Positions 33,299 to 44,269 of a DNA stretch of 49,144 nt are shown piece after piece (within the stretch, counting starts at the first letter, position 1; each line of letters starts with the position of its first letter). A program made the position numbers and the translations under genes. This DNA is from an uncultured Methanomicrobiales archaeon (GTDB taxonomy: Archaea > Halobacteriota > Methanomicrobia > Methanomicrobiales > Methanospirillaceae). The stretch is taken from positions 1-49,144 of the forward strand of contig CAVWXH010000012.1 in the NCBI GenBank assembly GCA_963758915.1, written 5' to 3'. The notes under the pieces were generated by a model that was given only the letters and a program-made list of their open reading frames with translations, was not told the DNA's origin and did not search any database.

Positions 33299-34150
33299 TT
33301 ATGGCCTGCGCAGTACGAGCACGGGACACTGTGCGTTCCGTGCCACGTGCCCGGTTATGCTGCCGAGAAGGTTTGCAAACATCCCCTTTTTCCCCGTTGA
33401 TTTCAGTACGATCATTGAACTTTCTACATCCCGGGACAGGGAAATAATCTCTTCCGCTGCGTTCCCTACAGGTACCTGCACCGTAACAGGGATCTTCTTT
33501 GTCAAAAAAGCATCTTTCATATTCTCAAGTTTTGTTCTTGCTGTATCAACCAGTGCCTGGACTTCTTCCTCGGACGCTCCTGTCGTCACGACATGGAGCA
33601 GGGTTACCTTTTCTACCGGGGGCAGTTTATCAATGGAAATGGTCATGATTTCAGGCTCCGAAAAATCCGTGCAAATCATGACATTTGAAAAGAAATCCGG
33701 ACAGGAAGAGTCGTGACTGCTTAAAACACCCGCCCCGGGGGGGTGGACGAGGACCAGGTCCTTCTTTCCATAGCGGAGGACATCTGATGCTACACTCCCC
33801 AGTACGAGGCTTTCAATCACCCCCTGCCCACGTCTTCCCATCAATACCAGCGGTATCTTTTCCCGCATGGCAACCCGGTTGATAACATCAGCGATTTCAC
33901 CACCCGTGATTTCCTCGATGATTGCTTTGGCCTGCAACCCCCTGGTTTCCAGGCTTTTTACCAGTTCCAAAAGACGTAAGCGTGCATAGTCGGCATCAGG
34001 GGATACCCCGCACTCAAGGTTCGACGGGCACTTGCTATACAAAATGTGAAGCAGAATTACTTCGCGAATTTGTGGGATTTTCTTCAGACACTCGACCACG
34101 TAATTGGAATCTGCAGAGAAGTCAAACGGGACTAACACTTTTTCAAACAT
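33299..34150 (-). CDS. Universal stress protein with tandem USP domains
   Basis: MFEKVLVPFDFS, MGRRG...LGSVA, second domain CTDFS...LLGSIT..VAR....PVLV. Confidence 0.92.
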   Translation of the reverse strand: MFEKVLVPFDFSADSNYVVECLKKIPQIREVILLHILYSKCPSNLECGVSPDADYARLRLLELVKSLETRGLQAKAIIEEITGGEIADVINRVAMREKIPLVLMGRRGQGVIESLVLGSVASDVLRYGKKDLVLVHPPGAGVLSSHDSSCPDFFSNVMICTDFSEPEIMTISIDKLPPVEKVTLLHVVTTGASEEEVQALVDTARTKLENMKDAFLTKKIPVTVQVPVGNAAEEIISLSRDVESSMIVLKSTGKKGMFANLLGSITGHVARNAQCPVLVLRRP

Positions 34151-34320
34151 ACCAGCCCTCCAGGGGTTATCATGAAGCGGTTCCTTGCCAGCCGATAATG
34201 GTCGGCATCCGGGAGTCTTTTAGTTTCATTGTTCTATTGTTTAGTCGTGTGCCCGGGCCTATACAAGACTTTCCGGTCTTTGGACACGGGTATTATCTTT
34301 GCTACCTCCGAATTCCCGGA

Positions 34321-35518
34321 TCAGATCGCATCCTCGTCAACCGTGGGACACTCCCCCTTGTAGAACCAGTTCCGGTACACGATTGGTGTGATAATCGTTG
34401 TAACGAGACTCATCAGGACAAGTGCCACGTAGATATTCTGGTCGATGATCCCCTGCTGGAGCCCGATCAGTGCGACGATCATGGCGACCTCCCCTCTTGG
34501 CGCCATGCCGAACCCGACAATAAGGGAGTCCTTGGTTGACAGGCCCATCAGTTTCGCCGGTATTCCACACCCGATCACCTTGGTGAGAATTGCCACAATG
34601 ATAAGCACGATGAGGAAGATGACGATCCCGGGCGTCAGCTGTCGTAAATCAGCGAGTACACCAAGCGAAACGAAAAATATCGATGCAAAGATAATCTGGA
34701 GGTATTCTGCACCCTCCTTGATATCCCGGCAGTGGGTAAGGCGGACACCCTCGAACGAGACTCCCGGCGATAAACGCCCCCACGATTGCAGAGAGGCCGG
34801 TCAGTTCTGCCATCATGGCGTAGAAAAACGCCATCATCATGGCAAAAATAAATATAAATTCCGGGAACTTCCTTGCAAAGCGGGACCGGTCAAGGCGCTC
34901 TATATACCGGCTCACGACGAAGATACCAAAAGCCCCGGCAAGGACAATAAAGGCGATTGCTTTTATTATCACGAACGCAATTCCCTGCGGAGAGAAAACT
35001 CCTTCGACGACTTCTGAACTCACCGAGAGTGCGAGCAGCGACAGCACATCATCAATAACGGCCGCCCCGATAATCGCTTTTGCAGCATCGGTCTGGAGTT
35101 TTCCCATCTCACGGAGGACGTTTGCCGTAATTGCGATGCTCGTCGCGGTGAGCGCCGTCCCGATGAAAATCGCACTCGATGTATCAAACCCGAATGCGAT
35201 GGAGATCCCATACCCGCCAATCCATGGAACAATCACCCCTACTGCTGCAATCACCCCGTTGCGTATGCCGACAATGTCCTGGATCTTGAATTCGAGACCG
35301 ATAACAAAGAGCAGGATCACGGCCCCGAGATTTGCAAGGCCTGCTACGAAATCCGTATAGGTAATCAGCCCGAGCACACTCGGACCGACAACGATTCCGA
35401 CGAGAATCAGCCCGATAACAGCGGACTGGTTGATACGCGAAGCAACGAGGTAACCGGCCAGGGCCACAAACAGTAACAGGCTCATCTGGAATACCGGCTG
35501 CATCAGGATATTTTCCAT
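34321..35518 (-). CDS. Cation:proton antiporter (CPA2/NapA-like); frameshift ~34763
   Basis: LGAVILLFVIGLE, TATSIAIT, AAVIDD, IVGAFIAG, TKVIGC, MAPRGEV. Confidence 0.9.
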
Positions 35519-35678
35519 TCAACATGAATGGGAATCAGACTAGAAAACCCTTTTGGATTCCCTTGTATCCGGCATATGCGAGGGTGTGGTGTTCCAACTC
35601 AGATTCCTCCTCGTCCACCAGATATTTTCACAAGAAAACCGAAACACTCAAGCCACCCTTTTCACAATAGAAAAGGCA

Positions 35679-36947
35679 ATGGATGTCGCGATTGTTGTCC
35701 TGTTCCTGGGTGTCCTGATCTTCCTCGGGAACGTGTTCAACAGGGTATTTGCACTTACGAAAATCCCGGATCTTCTGATCCTGATCGGGATCGGGATCCT
35801 GATCGGCCCGGTCCTCGGCTTCATTACCCCCGAGGAGTTCGGCATTGTCGGTCCGCTGTTTGCAACAGTCACGCTTGCGGTAATCCTGTTCGAGGGGGGA
35901 CTTCACCTCAAAACGGCGACTATAAAGTCAGCATTCCGGGGCACAATTGAGCTTACCCTGATTTCATTCATCGCGACGATGCTCATTTCAGCAGGGATTC
36001 TCTATTATCTGCACCTTCTCGAACCACTACCGGCCCTGATGCTTGGAGCTGCGATCGGCGGGACTTCATCTGCAGTCGTAATTCCGATGATCGAGTACCT
36101 TCATTTAGGGAAGGACGGCAATGCAATACTCTCCCTTGAATCCGCCGTTACCGATGTGCTATGTATCGTTGTAATGCTTACCCTGCTCGATGTATACATG
36201 CTCGGGGAGCTTGATGTCCCCTATGTCACAATCAGGCTTGTTTCATCATTCTTTGTTGCAGCAGTCCTCGGGGTAATTGGAGGGATTGTCTGGTCAGTGC
36301 TGTATCCCCAGCTCAAAACGATTAAAAGTATTTTCCTGACCCCGGCATTCCTCTTTATTATTTACGGGGTTGTTACCCTGCTCGGATTTTCCGGGGCGAT
36401 TGCGGCCCTGGCCTTCGGAATTACACTCGGGAACCTGCAATCATTCAGTATCGTCAAATGGCTTCCCTCTTCACACGTTGAGCAGGTTGAACTCACTCCG
36501 AGTGAAGTCACATTCCTTTCGCAACTGGTCCAGCTGCTGAAGACGTTCTTCTTCATCTACCTCGGCCTGTCGATTATCCTTACCGACACAGAGGCATTGA
36601 AAATTGCACTCGTGATTACCGTGATACTGTTCGTTGTCAGGATCCTGATTGTCCGGTTCTTCATTCCGAAATCCATCCCGGTATGGGATGCAAGCATTAT
36701 GGCGGTCATGATCCCCAAAGGGCTGGCCGGTGCAGTCCTTGCCGCCATCCCACTCCAGATGGGTGTCAAGGGGGGCCTGTTTATCGAGACGACGACCTAT
36801 GGGATTATCCTCTTCTCGATCATGGCCTGCTCGATACTCGTGTTACTGCTCGAAAAGACCCCGGTAAAAAAACTCTATGCATTATTTTTCCGCAATTTCG
36901 GGAAGGTGGCGGAGGCGGAACCACCACCACCTGTGAACCTTGATTAG
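35679..36947 (+). CDS. Cation:proton antiporter (CPA1/NhaP-like)
   Basis: ILFEGG, GTSSAVV, LESAVTD, PKGLA; about 12 TM helices. Confidence 0.88.
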   Translation: MDVAIVVLFLGVLIFLGNVFNRVFALTKIPDLLILIGIGILIGPVLGFITPEEFGIVGPLFATVTLAVILFEGGLHLKTATIKSAFRGTIELTLISFIATMLISAGILYYLHLLEPLPALMLGAAIGGTSSAVVIPMIEYLHLGKDGNAILSLESAVTDVLCIVVMLTLLDVYMLGELDVPYVTIRLVSSFFVAAVLGVIGGIVWSVLYPQLKTIKSIFLTPAFLFIIYGVVTLLGFSGAIAALAFGITLGNLQSFSIVKWLPSSHVEQVELTPSEVTFLSQLVQLLKTFFFIYLGLSIILTDTEALKIALVITVILFVVRILIVRFFIPKSIPVWDASIMAVMIPKGLAGAVLAAIPLQMGVKGGLFIETTTYGIILFSIMACSILVLLLEKTPVKKLYALFFRNFGKVAEAEPPPPVNLD

Positions 36948-37017
36948 AGTCGTGGCTTTTTCCTGCAATAGAATTCACTATTTAATGGGATGAAAGAGTG
37001 ATTTCCCTTATCAATAT

Positions 37018-39218
37018 TTAAAATAACCGGCTAGGAGAATTATTTCCTTCGCCGCCCGCCCTTACGGCCACCGGTTTTCGGTCCCCCTGATCCCGGCCAC
37101 CCGGACGGCCCGGCCTTACCTTTTTTCTCTTTCCCCCGGGACCCTTCTTGGGACCATGCTCTTTTTGCCCTTTCCCACCGCTGCCTTTCGTTTCCTTGAA
37201 CCGTTCGTCACGGGTCTCGCGGCATTCAAGTTCGGCAACGATCTCGATCGGGTCGTTGACCCGGGTGACAAGGTACCGGATCTCGAGGAGCCGTTCCATG
37301 CCGATAAAGTGCTCGGCCATCACCCTCGCGAGGTCGGAAAGGATGATTTTCCCGCCTTCCTGCGTGACGAGCTTGTGACCGATCATCTCGTCCAGGACCG
37401 GTTCAACCGTCCCGACCATGGACTCGGTGATCTGGTGGAGTGCCTGGAGATCACCCTTGCATACCACCGCATTCGCCACCAGTTCTTCGGAACTCTGTTC
37501 CATGTCATGGACTGGTGCGACCTCTTCCATCTCCCCCTTGAGGAGCATGAGCGCCATCTCTTCCTCGGGGATCCTGCTCTCCCTCGAGTAGGTCGCACCC
37601 GGTTCTGCCAGTACCACGACCTTCCCGAGGTCATGGAAATCCGGGCGGCCTGCACGACCAGCCATCTGGTTGAACTCCCCTACCGACAGCCAGCTGATAC
37701 CCATGGCAAGTGCATCGAATATCACCTGGGATGCAGGGAAATCGACCCCTGCACCAAGCGCTGCCGTCGTCACCACGCCGACCAGTTTCCCGTCCGTGAA
37801 TTTTTTCTCGACGTCACGCCGCTCCTGCGAGGTAAGGCCGGCATGGTACGGGGCATACCGGGGACCGAGCGAGTCCGCAATCATGTGACACCGGGCCCTG
37901 GAATTCGAAAAGATGATCGTCTGGCCCTTGTACCCTTTCGAGGATTTATGGGTATATTCCTTCTCGGCAAGCTGCTTGATCGCAGGGATCTTCTCCTTTT
38001 TCGCCGTGAACATCAGGTAGCGTTCAAGCGCTACCGGGCGTTCGTCGTACCTGACCAGCGTGGCCCCGAGTTTTTTTGCGAGTAACTTCGGGGTACCGAT
38101 TGTCGCACTCAGGTACAGGAACTGTGCCTTTGGTGCGAGGTATTTCAGGCGGGCGATCATCCCGTCGAGCCGGTGTCCCCGTTCAGGGTCTTCGAGCATC
38201 TGGACTTCGTCGATCACCACGGTGCCAATCTTTCCGATACTGCCACCGCAGCGGACCATGTGGTCAAGCCCCTCGTAGGTAGCGACAAGGAGCGGGGAGT
38301 TGGTGTTCCGGTCCCCGATCGGCCGGTTGTCCGGAAGGTTTAACCTGCTCTTCCCGATCAGGATACCGGAGCCGAGGATTTTTCCATACCGCTCATCAAA
38401 CCGCTGGTATTTCTGGACGGCGAGGGCGACAAGCGGGACGAGAAACAGGCACTGGCCCCTTCCTTCGAGGTAATTTTTCACGCCGGCCATCTCACCGATG
38501 AACGTCTTCCCGCTTGCGGTGGCCGCAACGACGAGAAGGTCTTTTCCAAACAGGAGCCCGGCATCGACCGCCAGCTGCTGGGCTGGCATCAGCTTGTCGA
38601 CCATGGCAAGGTCTACGAATTTCCGTGGCAGTGCCAGTTCTTCGAGGGACTGGGTATTGGTTACCGGGTGGGCTTCAAGCCGGTCAAACAGGGTCTGCCC
38701 GATTTTGACATTCTCGGCTGGATACTGGAAAGGACCCGGTCGATATCGCGGTATTTTTTTAAGAGCTCCTCCATGTGCCCGAGAGCACCGCGGCCGACGT
38801 GGCCCATGTGGGCAACTTCCCGGCGCAGTTCCCGCCGGGCACAGTCATAGCATATCTGTTCGCTCGATGGCCCGTACCTGACCGACGTCCCGGGGTCAAG
38901 CCTGGTAATCCGGTCTTCAAGGAGGCACATCCTGCAGACATCGGTATAGGAAAAGGCAACCTGGAAATCGTTGAGGAACGATTCGAACAGCGGGTCCGGC
39001 CGGGTCAGTTTCACGCGTGACTGCCGGAACGAGAGGAGCAGCTCTTTTGTCGGGATGTTCCGGTAGACCTTCTTTCCGCCCCAGCGCAGCCGGTAATGGT
39101 CAGGACGGACACCTTTCGGTGAATCGCTGATATCGACGATCCCGACGCCCCGTATATGCGACTCGTCATAAAACAGGATACGATAACTCCCTTTTACGGG
39201 CTGGACGAGGACATTCAT
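37018..39218 (-). CDS. Archaeal DEAD/DEAH-box SF2 helicase with N-terminal Cys-rich region; frameshift ~38710
   Basis: ATASGKT, IDEVQ, LSAT, YHAGL, TAALGAGVDFP, QMAGRAGRP; N-part 38661..39218 has CRMC...CYDC. Confidence 0.9.
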
Positions 39219-40024
39219 GGCGCAATCAGGTCGTGGATTACATAGGTCAGTTCCACGCTCTCAAGCCTCTTTAAAAAGTCGGTAAATTCCTCATCGACGA
39301 TGACAATCGCCGATTCAATCCCATGGAAGGCGGCCTCGATCACGCCCTCGCGTGCACCAAAGAACATGTCGGGTTTCCGCCCGATCTGCTGGAGCGCAAT
39401 ATAGGCTTCAAGGCCGACCGCTGCGACCATGCTGACACGGCCCGTTACTTCACGGAGGAGGTCCCGTTTCACCTTTCGCGAACCCCCACGCTGGACCCTT
39501 GGTACTTTGCATACATGGATGAGCCCTTCACTATGGGAGATAAGACCATTCAGCCGGGATATCCCGACATCCTCACCCTTCTTCGCGTCCATTACCGCGT
39601 TTCCCATCGCGTTCTGGGGTACCTTGCCTGCATAGAGCCAGCCACCCTCCATGTAGACCCCGACAGAGTCACCGGTTTTCAGGTCTTCTGCAGCGATTGC
39701 AGTCCAGACCGAGACCTGCTGTATAATGTCCCGGCGGATATGGCGTGCATAGGACTCGAGTGCCTCCGCATTGTTGAGCACCCATTCGATGCCGTTCCGG
39801 GTGACCTCGTAGCGGCCCCGTCCCTTGGCACTCACCATCCCGTCATCAATGAGTTCCCTGATGTATTCGGATACGGCCTGGGGAGTTACCCCGAGCTCGG
39901 TCGCGATCTCCTGCTGCCGGACCGCGGGCTGGTGTTCCGCGATACCTACCAGTATCTGGAGACGGGTGACTTCGCGTTTGCTTCTGAGAATAATATAGAG
40001 GGGGTCTTCCTCATGTCCTTTCAA
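39215..40024 (-). CDS. Winged-helix transcriptional regulator (conserved euryarchaeal family)
   Basis: QQEIATELGVTPQAVSEYIRELIDDG HTH; overlaps both neighbours. Confidence 0.85.
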   Translation of the reverse strand: MKGHEEDPLYIILRSKREVTRLQILVGIAEHQPAVRQQEIATELGVTPQAVSEYIRELIDDGMVSAKGRGRYEVTRNGIEWVLNNAEALESYARHIRRDIIQQVSVWTAIAAEDLKTGDSVGVYMEGGWLYAGKVPQNAMGNAVMDAKKGEDVGISRLNGLISHSEGLIHVCKVPRVQRGGSRKVKRDLLREVTGRVSMVAAVGLEAYIALQQIGRKPDMFFGAREGVIEAAFHGIESAIVIVDEEFTDFLKRLESVELTYVIHDLIAP

Positions 40025-40520
40025 GCAACACCAGTCCCTGCCCCTTCACATCGAGACTGGGCATCCGCTTTGCAAGGCCCTTGATAAAAACCGGGCTGAC
40101 GTTGAATTTTCTTGCAATGTCGGCGATCGAACTGTTATTGTTTTTCAGCTCGTTCTCGACATGCTCGACCATCTCGCGAAGGGACTCATCGTTGGAGATG
40201 GAGATATAGATGAGATCTGAAAGATCTGAAAAATTGCACTGGAAATTAGCCCGGAACTTGCTGTAGGTCGCCCTGTACTCCCGTATGGGTTTCTGGCCTG
40301 ATACGGGCATCCGCCACTGCTCCTCGATGAGGTTTCCCTTTTTCAGCAGTATTAGACACTGCTCCAGTCCGTCATCTTTCACCTGCGACTGCAGTTCCTC
40401 TTCGGTCATCCACGCTTTATTAAGAAGGTCATAGACCTTCTTGTATGAAACATTATGAAACGTGATGAGGAGGGGAACCAGTTCGACTGGATCATTTACA
40501 ATCCTGATGTGGCCCGACAA
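40011..40520 (-). CDS. Conserved archaeal ArsR-like HTH protein
   Basis: VNDPVELVPLL, WMTEEEL, LKKGNLIEEQWRMP, NFQC; TTG start. Confidence 0.75.
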   Translation of the reverse strand: MSGHIRIVNDPVELVPLLITFHNVSYKKVYDLLNKAWMTEEELQSQVKDDGLEQCLILLKKGNLIEEQWRMPVSGQKPIREYRATYSKFRANFQCNFSDLSDLIYISISNDESLREMVEHVENELKNNNSSIADIARKFNVSPVFIKGLAKRMPSLDVKGQGLVLLERT

Positions 40521-40575
40521 TGTAAAACCCTATAATTATATTGCGGTATAAATCAATAAAATTTTTGGAAAAATA

Positions 40576-42806
40576 ATGCAGACTGCCGGAATTATCATCG
40601 TTCGGGGAATTGTACAGGGGGTCGGGTTTCGGCCTTTCGTCTTCCGGAAGGCGGTAGAATTCGGCATTAGCGGAACGGTTACAAATCTTGGGAGTGAAGT
40701 CGAGATCAGGGCTGATGGGGCACGGTTTTCTGAATTTTTACGGGAGGTCTCCCGTGGTCCGCCGATGTCACGTATCGACACGATTGATGTCCTGCCACTC
40801 ACCGAAATTCCCTCCGCCGGTTTTTTTATTGAGCCAAGCCGGGAAGGGTCACTTTCCGGGATGATCCCCCCGGATATTGCGACCTGTGAGGAGTGCATCC
40901 AGGATATTGACCGGAAGGGCGGCCGGTACCAAGGGTACTGGGCGACGTCCTGCGTGAACTGTGGCCCACGGTACAGCATCATCCGTTCACTCCCCTATGA
41001 CCGGGAACGGACCTCCATGGCTGCATTCCCGATGTGCCCGGCGTGTGAGAAGGAGTATTCTGATCCCCATTCCCGGCGGCATCATGCCCAGACGATTGCC
41101 TGCAGGGAGTGCGGCCCCGGGCTCAGGCTCCTTGACCCGTCCGGAAACCAGGTCATGACACCAAGACCCGGTGAAGGAAACGGCCTCGCTGCTCGACCAG
41201 GGCCACATTCTCGCGATACGGGGCATCGGGGGGTTCCATCTCGTCTGCATCGAACGGTCTCCGGCGAACTCAAACGGCGGCTGGGACGGACTGAACAGCC
41301 GTTTGCCATCATGGTGAGGCCGGATATCCTCGACCAGATCGTCCGGGTAACACCTGAGGACTAACGAAATGCTCAACGGGCCGGAGCGGCCTATCGCGGT
41401 GATGGCAAAACATGACCCTTCGTCTCACCGTGAGATCAGCAACCTCCATACCCTCGGGTGCATGCTCCCCTATACCGGACTCCACCACCTCCTGTTCCAT
41501 TACCTGAAAAACCCGCTCCTGATCATGACGAGCGCAAACATGCCCGGGTACCCGATGGTAACGGATATCGACCAGGCGATGGCGAAGATGAACCGGGACG
41601 TGGACTATTTCCTCACCCATGACCGGGTTATTGTCAACCGGTGCGATGATTCGGTGGTCCGGGACGGCCATATCATCAGGCTTTCCCGGGGTATCGCCCC
41701 GAAGAGGACGAAGATCGATCTCGGTGACCGGACCATCCTCGGGGTAGGACCGGAGTTAAACTCCAACGCCACGATCTACAAGGAAGGGTTTACCGTCACC
41801 TCCCCGCACGTGGGGAACGTGAGAAACCCGCAGACGTTTTCGTACCTGCAGGAGACGATTGAAAACCTCGGACGGCTGCTGGGTGCAGAGTATGATGTGA
41901 TCGCCCACGATGCCCACCCGCAGTTCCTGTCGACACGGTATGCACAGCGGCTCGCGAAAGAGTCCGGGGCGGAGCTGGTCGCAGTCCAGCACCACCGGGC
42001 ACATATCGCTGCAACGACGACCAGGCCATGCATAGGGATTGCAATTGACGGGGTCGGCTATGGTGATGACGGGACGGTCTGGGGAGGGGAGATATTTGCC
42101 GGCCAGGCACCTGATTACAAGCGGGTAGGTCACCTCGAAGTGGTCCCGATGCCCGGCGGAGACCTGGCGACACGGTTCCCGGAGCGGATGCTCTACGGTA
42201 TCCTTCCCGATAACGGGGTGCCTTGACCTCCTTGCTTCCCGTGGCTGGACGGATATCGAACTCGGGGTGCTGGAAAAACAGCTCGGTCAGAAGGTAAATG
42301 TCTCGTACACGAGCAGCACGGGCCGCGTGCTTGACGCTGTCTCAGCACTTCTCGGGTTATGCCGTGAACGCACCTATGACGGGGAACCGGCGATGAAACT
42401 CGAATCGGCGGCCTGTCTTGGTACTGCAATACCATGGGACCTTGAATTTATCACGAATGGCGGGGCCGAAGTCCTCTCTACCCGGGCACTCTGCCAGGAA
42501 GCATTCAGCCGGTTGAACAGGTTATCCCCGGATGACAGGCAGGGGATTCATGATATCGCTGCCTCGTTCCAGTATAACCTTGCAAGAGGGATTGCGACCA
42601 TTGCCATCAATGCTGCAGGTGAACGGGGGCTTGAGGATATTGCCCTCTCAGGCGGGGTGGCCATCAACAGCGCAATCAGGAATACGATTCAGGACGAGAT
42701 CGAAAAGTCAGGTCATAATTATGTCGTAAACCGGGAGTACCCCCTCGGTGACGGGTGTATCTCATTCGGCCAGTGCATCTGTGCTGCAATGGGAAGGGGC
42801 CGGTGA
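40576..42806 (+). CDS. hypF: [NiFe]-hydrogenase maturation carbamoyltransferase HypF; several frameshifts (~41165-41370, ~42225)
   Basis: [12 protein letters not shown] acylphosphatase motif, CxxC zinc fingers, TSANMPG, DDSV, QHHRAH, DGVGYG...[23 protein letters not shown]. Confidence 0.95.
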
Positions 42807-42935
42807 GGGCAGGGTAGCGGCAGAACCATAGGAAAAATAACAGTATGTTCTATCAGGACTGCCCGGTCATCCGGAACCCAGGGCAGACTTTTTTACACCC
42901 TTCGGGTAAAAATTATGGAGTAAAAAAGGGGGTAA

Positions 42936-44165
42936 CTATCCCCAGTTAAATGGCAATATTTTCTGTAGCCATGACGGGAAGATCATCTTGTAGGACCACG
43001 CGCCCGAGGCTGTTGTTGGTACTATCGTTGGAACGGTCGTTACCTGGGTAATGGTTGTCGTGGGAATGGTCGTGACAACAGTGGTCCCGGGGGTTGTCGG
43101 GACAACACTGTTTCCAGGTGAGAGCCGCCGTGAAACCGTGGTCATCGCATTCGTTTTTACCTCGAAATTCGCCTGTAACTCATCATAACCAGCCATTTTC
43201 AGAACGACACCATGGGAGCCGGTTGGTAACGTCATGATGATCGGTGTAACGGCGCCCGAAGTAGTCCCATCAAGTACGATATGGGCACTCTGTGGCGTAG
43301 TAGAGAAATATACCTGTCCTGTCGGGCCTGTGTACGGAGTTGGGGTCGTTGTCGGTACTATGGTTGTTGTCGTTGGGACTACCGTCGTGGTTGTCGGCAC
43401 TACGGTTGTTGTCGTTGGGACTACCGTCGTGGTTGTCGGTACTACGGTTGTTGTCGTTGGGACTACCGTCGTGGTTGTCGGTACTACGGTTGTTGTCGTT
43501 GGAACTACCGTCGTGGTTGTCGGTACTACGGTTGTTGTCGTTGGAACTACCGTCGTGGTTGTCGGTACTACGGTTGTTGTCGTTGGGACTACCGTCGTGG
43601 TTGTCGGTACTACGGTTGTTGTCGTTGGGACTACCGTCGTGGTTGTCGGTACTACGGTTGTTGTCGTTGGAACCCCCCCTCCTACCTGCAGTGTCCCTGC
43701 CTGGATAGTCGGGTAAAAGGTAGTGGCTCCCAGACCCTGACCAACAAACTCAAGATTGATCGGCGTTGAACCTGCCTTAAGTCCTTTCAGGGTAACGGTT
43801 GCAATTGGAACATTCGTAGCCCCTGGCGGGTTAAGAAAATCATTAGGGTTCTGATGCAGGTCTCCCGCTGTTACTACTACTTCGCTGGCAGGGAGTGTTG
43901 TTGCAATTACGTGCAAGCCTGCCCACGAAGGGAAGCTCACTGCCGTGACCTGTGCAATTGTGGGGTCTGCAACGGTGACCCTCATCTGGTAATAGATTAA
44001 CCCGTTATTTGCAACATCCATTACGACAGGGACAGTTATCTGATCGCCGGCCAGGGAGATTTGTCCTCCTGATACGGTGACGGTCGAAGCATAAACCCCC
44101 CCCACAGTAATCGTTGCAAGTAATATCATAATGGATACCATCATGAGCTTTTTCGTGTAACTCAT
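42936..44165 (-). CDS. Secreted protein: cohesin-like domain, Thr-rich linker, PEGA domain, hydrophobic C-terminus
   Basis: GGAGGT SD, signal peptide; ITVPVVMD...GL..Y...V...DP.IA.VT.V.FP.W...GATNVPIATVTLKG..AG cohesin-like pattern; FSTTPQSA.IVLDG...TP PEGA. Confidence 0.8.
   Translation of the reverse strand: MSYTKKLMMVSIMILLATITVGGVYASTVTVSGGQISLAGDQITVPVVMDVANNGLIYYQMRVTVADPTIAQVTAVSFPSWAGLHVIATTLPASEVVVTAGDLHQNPNDFLNPPGATNVPIATVTLKGLKAGSTPINLEFVGQGLGATTFYPTIQAGTLQVGGGVPTTTTVVPTTTTVVPTTTTVVPTTTTVVPTTTTVVPTTTTVVPTTTTVVPTTTTVVPTTTTVVPTTTTVVPTTTTVVPTTTTVVPTTTTVVPTTTTVVPTTTTIVPTTTPTPYTGPTGQVYFSTTPQSAHIVLDGTTSGAVTPIIMTLPTGSHGVVLKMAGYDELQANFEVKTNAMTTVSRRLSPGNSVVPTTPGTTVVTTIPTTTITQVTTVPTIVPTTASGAWSYKMIFPSWLQKILPFNWG
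43345..43673 (-). repeat. Coding tandem repeat, about 15 x 21 bp (VVPTTTT), with 42-bp higher-order unit
   Basis: Alternating gtcggtactacggttgttgtc / gttgggactaccgtcgtggtt units on the + strand. Confidence 0.95.
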
Positions 44166-44269
44166 TTTTACCTCCTTCTGAATTTTTTCTTTAATGCTTT
44201 TTTCATTTTTATCGCTTTTTAATCTTGATAATCGGAAAATATGATGATAATGAGGAGAATGTTGTCCCC

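Noticed and set aside
23797-42806. Programmed ribosomal frameshifting or mass pseudogenisation in rnj, ablA, ablB, helicase, hypF
   Set aside because: No shared slippery motif at the breaks; housekeeping genes are affected with otherwise intact motifs; sequencing error is simpler
43345-43673. CRISPR-like array
   Set aside because: Contiguous repeats without unique spacers, in frame within a CDS; no cas genes
43234-43769. Plus-strand repetitive ORFs (VVVVGTT, CRYYGCC, LSVLRLL)
   Set aside because: Antisense shadows of the Thr-rich repeat
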